From the IMG/VR virus record IMGVR_UViG_3300043451_000038, positions 1 to 53,384 of that record: 53,384 nucleotides of DNA; one strand, given 5' to 3'. Below the pieces are notes generated by a model that had not been told where the DNA came from, made no database searches, and was given only the letters and a program-made list of their open reading frames with translations. Within the stretch, counting starts at the first letter, position 1. The number at the start of each line of letters is the position of its first letter. The position numbers were made by a program, and so were the translations under genes. The DNA comes from a virus. Lineage: Duplodnaviria; Caudoviricetes. This document shows positions 46,801-53,384 of the stretch, piece after piece.

Positions 46801-47006
46801 TGCCTAGAATACTAAACAAAAAGTATTGGCCATATGAAATCGAGTTGCCTAAACTAGACAAGGCCAACGAGATGGAAACATTCAAAGCCCGCAGAAAATG
46901 GTTAAAAGAAAATTGCCAAAGCGAGAAGGACTATGTTATAATAGGCGATAGATATGTGTTCAAGCATGAGTTTGAAGCAACACTATTCGCATTAAGGTGG
47001 GCATGA
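46800..47006 (+). CDS. LRW-array protein 9 (ends FALRWA)
   Basis: TAATG coupling; WLKENC...YVFKHEFEATLF. Confidence 0.8.
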   Translation: MPRILNKKYWPYEIELPKLDKANEMETFKARRKWLKENCQSEKDYVIIGDRYVFKHEFEATLFALRWA

Positions 47007-47263
47007 CATATTGGTATGAACAATACAAGGCTAGTGGTGACATAATTCACTTCTCTAGTTTTTACGGTAGAGCGCATTGGGAAACAGTATTCGTCATACT
47101 ACCCAAGCGATGTAATCTAACTGGCAAGTGGCTATGGTTACAATGGGCGGAGCGTGGCACTTCAATATGGACAGGTCCTGGTGATCCTGTCGTCGAGCAT
47201 AAGTATCATCACCCCAGATATCACTTACTATGGCTAATAACTTATGAACATACTAAATTTTAA
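47003..47263 (+). CDS. Trp-rich small protein, second array family
   Basis: WETVFVILPKRC.LTGKWLWLQWA. Confidence 0.7.
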   Translation: MTYWYEQYKASGDIIHFSSFYGRAHWETVFVILPKRCNLTGKWLWLQWAERGTSIWTGPGDPVVEHKYHHPRYHLLWLITYEHTKF

Positions 47264-47483
47264 ACACTTACAAGAAGTAGGCGAAGGCTACATCGAACAT
47301 TTACGGTTCGGGCTATGGGTTGCCGGCATACAATTCTTACTAGCAGTCATGGGTACAATTCATGCTATCTTGCCCTTCTTATTTGCTAGATGGCCAGAGA
47401 AACTGACTAACTATCTAGTAACAGAATCAAGACGCAGAACTAGCAAGGTTCGCAAATCACTAAAGAGCAAAAATGTCTACTAA
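47244..47483 (+). CDS. Small membrane-associated hypothetical protein
   Basis: HL.EVGE.Y.EH..F...IHA..PFLF with a hydrophobic stretch. Confidence 0.65.
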   Translation: MNILNFKHLQEVGEGYIEHLRFGLWVAGIQFLLAVMGTIHAILPFLFARWPEKLTNYLVTESRRRTSKVRKSLKSKNVY

Positions 47484-47937
47484 CTCAGCAAACGGCGTAA
47501 ACAGTTACGACAGCACATCAACAGGCTCACTGATTCACTTCTTTAACAGAAACGTCAGTGAGTATCCTACTGAGCAGGGCGTTAAATTTGACTTAGTGCC
47601 TGTTACCCAGCAAAAAGACTTGATGATTAACGCCGCTCGTCTACACGCCCAGCAAGAGTACAACAGAATCATGGACTTAGTGGCGGTGCTACAAAAGCAA
47701 GCACAAGAGATCAAACATCGTCTTGATATCACTGACCAAGTACACGCGGCAAAATATGATTTCAAGTTGTATCCTGGCAATAAATACTGGCTCTTATACG
47801 ATACTAAGATTAACGGCACAAGACTGGCAATACATGGACCTAATGATTGGTTTACAGGCAAGCCAGACAGTTACGAATACATCACACAAGTTCAATGGCT
47901 TGGTGATTACACATGGATAGAGGTTAAAGATGTTTGA
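47473..47937 (+). CDS. Hypothetical protein (DUF2452-like)
   Basis: Coiled segment then AKYDFK..PG..Y.LY...P.DW...LGDYTW. Confidence 0.6.
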   Translation: MSTNSANGVNSYDSTSTGSLIHFFNRNVSEYPTEQGVKFDLVPVTQQKDLMINAARLHAQQEYNRIMDLVAVLQKQAQEIKHRLDITDQVHAAKYDFKLYPGNKYWLLYDTKINGTRLAIHGPNDWFTGKPDSYEYITQVQWLGDYTWIEVKDV

Positions 47938-48343
47938 TAAACTAAAAAACTTGTTCAAGAAAAAAGAACAACCAAAGCAAGAAGCGCCTAAGAAGCGTGA
48001 GAAAAAAGTTGAGCCAACTGAGAAAGAAAAAGCAACTGCCGCAGGTGAGCCGTATATCTCGATTCTAAAGGTAGATGTTGATCCAAACAATATCAACAGT
48101 GGCTCATTTGAATTGGATTGGAATGACAAGTTCGTGGCAAACCTAGTCCGAGCAGGATATCAAATCAAGCCTGACGAAGAGGATAGCACTATCGTGGACA
48201 GATGGTTCCAAACTGTTTGTCGCAACATCGCACTTGAGGTCTACGAACAACAAAATGCTGACCTTACTGCCAGAGCATATGATGATGTTAAACCACCATC
48301 TACGAGAAAAGATTTAGGAAACGGAAGAACGGAGATTAGTTAA
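47930..48343 (+). CDS. Hypothetical protein
   Basis: 137-aa ORF with GAGG RBS. Confidence 0.75.
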   Translation: MFDKLKNLFKKKEQPKQEAPKKREKKVEPTEKEKATAAGEPYISILKVDVDPNNINSGSFELDWNDKFVANLVRAGYQIKPDEEDSTIVDRWFQTVCRNIALEVYEQQNADLTARAYDDVKPPSTRKDLGNGRTEIS

Positions 48344-48795
48344 TGTTTAGTCACTTATTTGAAAATGAAGATGGGTCTTCTTTTATTCAGCATATTGAAT
48401 ACAATAAGAATGGTAACCCAATTTGTGTAATAGAAGATTGTTATAATTCTGCCCATAATAAAGGCAAGAATCATGGCGGATATCTTCTCGTATGTAAGGC
48501 ACATTACAAGGGGGAAAAGGGAGCAAACGCAATCAAGGGCGGTTACAAAGCAAAGAAGAAAAGCTATTGCGAAAACATGGACGGTAGGCTAGGCTTTGAA
48601 TGTTCTGCGGAAATTCACGACGATAGTATGCTGACAGTAGATCATATCGACGAAGATCACTATAACAATGAAGACAAAAATCTTCATACCCTATGCCATA
48701 ATTGTCATAATTATAAGACTAGATTCTACGGAAGAGTCAAATCTTACGATGAAATGACTAAGATTATGGATAAAAATAGAAAGAAATTCAAATAA
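48343..48795 (+). CDS. HNH endonuclease
   Basis: LTVDHIDEDHYNN...NLHTLCHNCHNYKT; AT-rich. Confidence 0.85.
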   Translation: MFSHLFENEDGSSFIQHIEYNKNGNPICVIEDCYNSAHNKGKNHGGYLLVCKAHYKGEKGANAIKGGYKAKKKSYCENMDGRLGFECSAEIHDDSMLTVDHIDEDHYNNEDKNLHTLCHNCHNYKTRFYGRVKSYDEMTKIMDKNRKKFK

Positions 48796-48801
48796 AAACA
48801 C

Positions 48802-48830
48802 TTGACATTCTGGCAGAAATAGATTAAAAT
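48802..48830 (+). promoter_or_regulatory. sigma70-like promoter
   Basis: TTGACA 48802-48807, 17-nt spacer, TAAAAT 48825-48830. Confidence 0.7.
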
Positions 48831-48857
48831 ATCAGCATATTAAAGGACAAATTCTAA

Positions 48858-49862
48858 ATGCGTTATATTTTGATCGACTCTGCCAATATGTTCTTCAAGT
48901 CTCGCTATGTTGCGGGTCGTATGAGTACTGACGAAGAAAAAGTAGGCATGAGTCTACACCTTACGTTCACATCTGTACAAAGCGTTGTTCGTCGCTTTGG
49001 TGGTGAAGGTTGCCACGTTGTGTTCTGTACTGAGGGCCGCTCATGGCGCAAAGACTTCTACAAACCCTACAAAGCTAATCGTGCTGTCAAGCGTCAAGGT
49101 TTGACTGATGAAGAACTAGCACTCGACAAGATGTACTGGGAGACATATGAGGCTCTGGTCGAGTACCTCAAGACCAAGACTAACGTTAGTGTCCTACATT
49201 GCCCTACAGCAGAAGCGGATGACATTATCGCACGTTTCATTCATCTACATCCCGAAGACGAACACTACATTATCAGTTCGGACACAGACTTTGCCCAGTT
49301 GATCGCACCAAACGTCAAGCAGTTCAACGGCATCAACGATCAGTTCATCACAGTCGAAGGCTACTTTGATGGTCGTGATAAGCCCATTGTAGATAAAAAG
49401 ACCGGTGAGCACAAAACACTTGGTGACCCTAAGTTTGTACTTTTCGAGAAGTGTATGCGCGGCGACACATCCGACAACGTGTTCTCGGCATATCCTGGCG
49501 TTCGTACCAAGTCAACTAAGAAGTCTGTTGGCCTCATCGAAGCGTATGCTGACCGCGAGAAGCGTGGCTTCAACTGGAACAATATGATGTTGCATCGCTG
49601 GACAGACCCAGATGGTGTGGAGCATCGTGTTCTTGACGACTACAATCGCAACGTGACACTGGTCGATTTGACCGCACAGCCTGATGAAGTCAAGCAAGCA
49701 GTTGACGAGTGTATTCGTGAAGGCTTGCGCACAGAACACATTAGCAACGTGGGATTTCATTTCATGAAGTTCTGTTCCAAGTACGACTTGAATAAAGTTA
49801 GCGAACAAGCACAATTCTATGCTAAGTGGTTGAACGAAGCATACAAAGGAGCATTAAAATGA
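48858..49862 (+). CDS. rnh: 5'-3' exonuclease / T4 RNase H-like flap nuclease
   Basis: LIDSAN, SWRK..Y..YKANR, EADDII, SSDTDF.QL, GDTSDNV. Confidence 0.9.
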   Translation: MRYILIDSANMFFKSRYVAGRMSTDEEKVGMSLHLTFTSVQSVVRRFGGEGCHVVFCTEGRSWRKDFYKPYKANRAVKRQGLTDEELALDKMYWETYEALVEYLKTKTNVSVLHCPTAEADDIIARFIHLHPEDEHYIISSDTDFAQLIAPNVKQFNGINDQFITVEGYFDGRDKPIVDKKTGEHKTLGDPKFVLFEKCMRGDTSDNVFSAYPGVRTKSTKKSVGLIEAYADREKRGFNWNNMMLHRWTDPDGVEHRVLDDYNRNVTLVDLTAQPDEVKQAVDECIREGLRTEHISNVGFHFMKFCSKYDLNKVSEQAQFYAKWLNEAYKGALK

Positions 49863-50062
49863 CAAAAGAGATTTATCTAAACCCAGAAGAACTGGCCATC
49901 ATTCAAAGAATCATGGAAGAGAATGATATCAAGTATGCTGTAAAACTAATCTACAATGATGGTAGTGGTATCGGTAGTACACTTGATGTAGAGTTTGATA
50001 CCGAGGTAAACGGTCGCCAGGCAACTATTCGTATCCCCGTCACTGGCGTGGAGAACTGGTAA
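49859..50062 (+). CDS. Hypothetical protein
   Basis: AAGGAG RBS before ATG 49859. Confidence 0.7.
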   Translation: MTKEIYLNPEELAIIQRIMEENDIKYAVKLIYNDGSGIGSTLDVEFDTEVNGRQATIRIPVTGVENW

Positions 50063-50232
50063 TGAACGAACGAATTAAAGAACTTGCTGAACAGGCTGGC
50101 ATTTCATATCTCAGTAGTGTCCATCCAGATATGTGGGAAAAGTTCGCCGAGATGATTGTTCGAAAATGTGCCAGTAAAGTTACTTGTAATGAAGCATTGA
50201 ATATTTTAGAACATTTCGGAGTTGAAGAATGA
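50062..50232 (+). CDS. Small hypothetical protein (56 aa, MNERIKELAEQAG...)
   Basis: Translated by hand; coupled to neighbours at both ends. Confidence 0.65.
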   Translation: MNERIKELAEQAGISYLSSVHPDMWEKFAEMIVRKCASKVTCNEALNILEHFGVEE

Positions 50233-50528
50233 ACAAGTTTAGACCGCAAGATTACAACAAGCGTTGGGCCATCAAGCACTTTCGTCAAACTGGTCATACT
50301 ATGGGTGAATACAACTGGCAAAGTCGCACCCGATACTATCGTGACTGTGACAGAAATCACAAGCACCTGATTAGAATGTTCGACCAACTACATTATCTAG
50401 GTAGTCATGCCCCAGCGCCGATCAGAGCAAAATGGCATAAAGTAGAGCGGCAGTTTCTGGACAAGTATGTGCCAAAAAATGCTTCGTATCGATACTTAAC
50501 AAGACGCAATAAGTGGAGTTGGCTATGA
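50229..50528 (+). CDS. Hypothetical basic protein
   Basis: 99-aa ORF. Confidence 0.65.
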   Translation: MNKFRPQDYNKRWAIKHFRQTGHTMGEYNWQSRTRYYRDCDRNHKHLIRMFDQLHYLGSHAPAPIRAKWHKVERQFLDKYVPKNASYRYLTRRNKWSWL

Positions 50529-50668
50529 AACTACTATGTGATGACTTAGATCAAATTTATGTATGGGTTGATGACCACGATGAAAACATTGAATTATCGC
50601 CACACTTTGATTACGAGGAAGATGCCATTCAATGGCGAGAAAGAATGAAGAAAGAATTACATGAGTGA
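50525..50668 (+). CDS. Small acidic hypothetical protein (47 aa)
   Basis: Translated by hand; GGAG RBS and ATGA overlap. Confidence 0.6.
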   Translation: MKLLCDDLDQIYVWVDDHDENIELSPHFDYEEDAIQWRERMKKELHE

Positions 50669-50894
50669 TATCGAACACAAAGATGTATTAGGTAATGTAC
50701 TTGCCGTTGGCGATATCATTGCTTATGCTGACCACAACTCACTTGCTATGGGTATTGTTGACAAACTAAACCCAAAGATGATTGGTCTAAAACGAGTTAA
50801 CTCAAAATGGCGCCGAAACAAATATCCACAAGATTGCGTTAAGGTAGATGAAAACTTAGGCTTACTTTACATTTTACAAAGAGGAGGCAAATGA
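50661..50894 (+). CDS. Hypothetical protein (SH3/KOW-like)
   Basis: D.LGN.L.VGD.IAY pattern. Confidence 0.65.
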   Translation: MSDIEHKDVLGNVLAVGDIIAYADHNSLAMGIVDKLNPKMIGLKRVNSKWRRNKYPQDCVKVDENLGLLYILQRGGK

Positions 50895-51454
50895 TGATTA
50901 CGCTTAAAGAATGGTTAGAAACAGTTGAATACAAGATCACTGAGGGTAGCAATTTCACTTGGTCTTGCTACGGCCCACATGCTCATACACTTGACAGTTG
51001 GAGTGGCGATAACGATGGTCATTCATTCACTATTATCTTTGATACCAAGACTCAAGTAGTGTATGAAGCTCAAGCACACGACTACGCAAACGACCGCGCA
51101 TATCGTATGATTAACCCTGACTATCTTGTTGACTATCAAGTAGAATCAGAGGAACGTGGCTGTTCCGTAAACGAAGCATGGGACGATGTTAACTATGTTG
51201 ACTTAGAAACCGAGGAAGACTGGATCGAAAAAGCAACCGCTATTCGTGATGGTCGTGACTACGATACTCGTGTATCCATTCCTGTTGACTTTACAGATGA
51301 AGAACTGTTAAAATACATGAAGATTGCTCACGAGCGTGACATGACATTCAATCAGCTTGTCGAAGAGGCACTACGTGAGGCCATCGAAGAACACAAGCGT
51401 GATCCTGAAGGTATGAAAGCTCGTGCTCAAAAATGGAAAGAAGAACACCAATGA
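50891..51454 (+). CDS. Hypothetical protein with C-terminal ribbon-helix-helix-like motif
   Basis: IPVDFTDEEL...AHERDMTFNQLVEEALRE; GAGGAGG RBS. Confidence 0.65.
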   Translation: MMITLKEWLETVEYKITEGSNFTWSCYGPHAHTLDSWSGDNDGHSFTIIFDTKTQVVYEAQAHDYANDRAYRMINPDYLVDYQVESEERGCSVNEAWDDVNYVDLETEEDWIEKATAIRDGRDYDTRVSIPVDFTDEELLKYMKIAHERDMTFNQLVEEALREAIEEHKRDPEGMKARAQKWKEEHQ

Positions 51455-51927
51455 CAAACTTAATCGCTAAACCTATCGTAAAGAACCAATTGTGGGTTAT
51501 CACAGATGGTACTACAAAAGTTGGTAACATTGAAGCCAACACGCAGGGCTATAGCGTAAAGATTGGTGGTACTACTCACACATTCTCGACTACCAAGAGT
51601 ATCGAAAAGAACATTCACTTGGTATTTGAGAAGCCACAAAAAACAAAGAAGTCAACTGAGCTAACCTATGCTCATTGGCCAACTGACGGTAAGACCCACA
51701 ACAACTTCTATGATGTACAACGTAAGCTACACGTGTACACAAAGACAGCCGACAGCAAGTGTTATTATGTAGCAGGTCACTTCAACATCAAGATGAATGG
51801 CGAGTGGGAACACCAGTTCTGCCCTAAGTACATCTTTGTACAACGCTACGAATATCAAGGCCCGTATAATACGACAGCCGAGTGCAAACAGGCACTAAAT
51901 ACAGTAATGAAAGAAGCGAGTAAATGA
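51451..51927 (+). CDS. Hypothetical protein
   Basis: ATGA overlap; in frame with ORF 51433. Confidence 0.75.
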   Translation: MTNLIAKPIVKNQLWVITDGTTKVGNIEANTQGYSVKIGGTTHTFSTTKSIEKNIHLVFEKPQKTKKSTELTYAHWPTDGKTHNNFYDVQRKLHVYTKTADSKCYYVAGHFNIKMNGEWEHQFCPKYIFVQRYEYQGPYNTTAECKQALNTVMKEASK

Positions 51928-52214
51928 GCAGAACACCAAGCAAAGTGTTGCTTGAATTAGTTGATAAGAAAACGTACAAGGTCGATCAGATTGTCGAAGC
52001 AAGCGGCATCTGGGCGGTCTACTACGATAATCAACCTATCAACTTAAAGAACCAACACTACTTGGACAGTTCAGTTGTGCCAAAATACAAAAAGACTTCG
52101 TTCTCAAATCCAGGCCATGCCAGAAACTTGTGCCGTAAATTAAACAAGCAGTTCAATACGGATAAGTTTTCAGTTGTGTTTCTAACAACTGGTACTAAAG
52201 TTTATCCAGACTGA
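51924..52214 (+). CDS. Hypothetical protein
   Basis: 96-aa ORF; TAAATA at 51896-51901. Confidence 0.75.
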   Translation: MSRTPSKVLLELVDKKTYKVDQIVEASGIWAVYYDNQPINLKNQHYLDSSVVPKYKKTSFSNPGHARNLCRKLNKQFNTDKFSVVFLTTGTKVYPD

Positions 52215-52591
52215 TGCCATTCGTCAAAGACAAAGCAAAGATCACAAAGGCGGTTCTAGGTATTCTTAACCCCCAGTATACCGATGCTGACTTTGACACA
52301 GCCATGAAAACATGGTGGAAGAACATCAGGCCAAACGGCGGTCTTGGCTTGACTATCTATGGTGCTGAACAATTTGACTTAGCCGACATAGAATCATTTG
52401 CTCATCCATTTCAGGGCGAAGTAAGCATTACCAGTTGGACACAGGATGTGTTGAAACTGGATCGCAAGATGCCTTGTCCGTATATGCTAATGTATCAAAA
52501 GACTCGACTATACGTGGTAGTATACGATAGCAGTATCTCTACAATGATTCACCTCACTGAAACGGTAGAACAATTCATAAATACTCTGTAA
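52214..52591 (+). CDS. Hypothetical protein
   Basis: 125-aa ORF with TGATG coupling. Confidence 0.7.
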   Translation: MPFVKDKAKITKAVLGILNPQYTDADFDTAMKTWWKNIRPNGGLGLTIYGAEQFDLADIESFAHPFQGEVSITSWTQDVLKLDRKMPCPYMLMYQKTRLYVVVYDSSISTMIHLTETVEQFINTL

Positions 52592-52642
52592 GCAAGTCAA
52601 CGAAACAAGAGGTTGAGGCGTTATATTATAGAGGGAACAAAA

Positions 52643-52933
52643 ATGAAAAAGCTGTTTATACTATTAACGCTTTGTGTTGCTACGGTAGCACAAGCTCAAC
52701 ATCATGGTCATCACGGTCATGGACACAGACACGGGCATCATGGTGGCGATTGGATGGCACCACTAATCATTGGTGGCATAGTAACATATGCTCTAACAAG
52801 ACCGCAGCCTGTAGTTGTTCAGCAACCACCAGTTGTAGTTCAACAGCCACAAGTAATACCATACGGTTATCGCCAAGAATATATGTTCTTTGCTGACTGT
52901 AACTGTTACAAGTTAGTTCTAATTCAAAATTAA
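52643..52933 (+). CDS. Signal-peptide protein with His-rich segment, hydrophobic helix and VVQQP repeats
   Basis: MKKLFILL...AQA; HHGHHGHGHRHGHH; GAGGGA RBS. Confidence 0.75.
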   Translation: MKKLFILLTLCVATVAQAQHHGHHGHGHRHGHHGGDWMAPLIIGGIVTYALTRPQPVVVQQPPVVVQQPQVIPYGYRQEYMFFADCNCYKLVLIQN

Positions 52934-52943
52934 AGGAAACAAA

Positions 52944-53132
52944 ATGAAACATCTATTAGCAATCATCATGGTAGCATTTAGCTTGTCAGCACTAGCGGCT
53001 GATCCAGCGCCAGCTGCCGCAACTGAAAAGCCAATGAAACTAGCAAAAAAGAAGAAGGATAAACCTGCCGCGGCTAAACCAGCCAAGGCAGATCCCAAAA
53101 GCAATTCCAAGAGTAAAGATACTAAGAAGTAA
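52944..53132 (+). CDS. Small secreted Lys/Ala/Pro-rich protein
   Basis: MKHLLA...ALA signal peptide; AAGGA RBS. Confidence 0.7.
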   Translation: MKHLLAIIMVAFSLSALAADPAPAAATEKPMKLAKKKKDKPAAAKPAKADPKSNSKSKDTKK

Positions 53133-53148
53133 TCCTTACAGGAAATCC

Positions 53149-53352
53149 CTGATTGTCCAGGGCGCTGACCCCGTTGACTTGCCTGATGACGATGATATCG
53201 CAACACCGGTAGCAGGTAGATTCAGACTAGTCAGAGTTGACATCCGCGATGATGACACTGATGACCTATCAGATGAAATCATGGACAGACTTGCCGATAT
53301 TAGAGCCAAGGCTCTAGAGAAATATCGTGAGACTCATGATCAACTAGCATAA
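53149..53352 (+). CDS. Acidic hypothetical protein, start uncertain (CTG 53149, ATT 53152 or TTG 53179)
   Basis: Open frame 53044-53352 with protein-like sequence DLPDDDD...RLADIRAKALEKYRE. Confidence 0.5.
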   Translation: MIVQGADPVDLPDDDDIATPVAGRFRLVRVDIRDDDTDDLSDEIMDRLADIRAKALEKYRETHDQLA

Positions 53353-53384
53353 ATACAGTTGAGAGTTCTGTCTAAACACTCTCA

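Larger units (their letters stand above)
44444..47006 (+). repeat. Dispersed 15-nt gene-junction repeat TTGAGGTGGGCATGA
   Basis: Exact at 44444, 44692, 45397 and 45827; one mismatch at 46583 and 46992; degenerate at 44931, 46377 and 46786, possibly also 45218. Confidence 0.9.

Noticed and set aside
44444-47006. Junction repeats as a CRISPR array or integron attC sites
   Set aside because: Repeats are 15 nt, non-palindromic and separated by whole genes; no cas or integrase in the window and no attC-type inverted cores.
53045-53051. A-AAA-AAG -1 frameshift signal
   Set aside because: In phase, but the -1 frame hits TAA within a few codons; the long open frame is +1.
52944-53352. Rz/Rz1 spanin pair
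   Set aside because: The overlapping frame has no lipobox Cys or signal peptide, and no endolysin is adjacent.
1-53384. Alternative genetic code (stop-codon recoding)
   Set aside because: Core genes (PolB, ClpA, fibres) are full length in the standard code. TAG stops are rare, but no gene needs readthrough.

Overview
A 53.4-kb piece of a large dsDNA tailed-phage genome, T4-like in its replication and promoter logic and probably a jumbo myovirus. Genes are dense, almost all on the + strand, and read in the standard code. Contents in order: virion/baseplate and long fibre genes (1-11.4 kb, 27.6-30.9 kb); a short DnaE-like protein, GroES, a GIY-YIG endonuclease, clamp loader, HAD nucleotidase and PhoH; DnaJ, ClpA, a glycosyltransferase, a papain-like protease, a nucleotidyltransferase, Dps and a GP88-like protein; family B DNA polymerase and sliding clamp; a cytidylyltransferase, an AT-rich island and UvsE; then small genes, an HNH and an RNase H/5'-3' exonuclease. 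Two promoter classes are visible: sigma70-like TTGACN-16/18-TANAMT and T4-late-like TAAATA. The most unusual signal is a 13-gene, mostly translationally coupled array at 44.2-47.3 kb. Nine divergent small proteins in it end in L(R/K)W(A/S/T)-stop, encoded by a recurring 15-nt junction (TTGAGGTGGGCATGA) that also supplies the next gene's RBS and start codon. Other observations: a candidate structured ncRNA (33.09-33.18 kb), RBS-sequestering hairpins overlapping late promoters, apparent leaderless transcripts, a TCCAAWA box upstream of five promoters, proteins with T4 capsid-targeting-like N-termini, and a HAD domain inserted into an HExxH protein. All product calls come from motifs recognised by eye; no searches were run.
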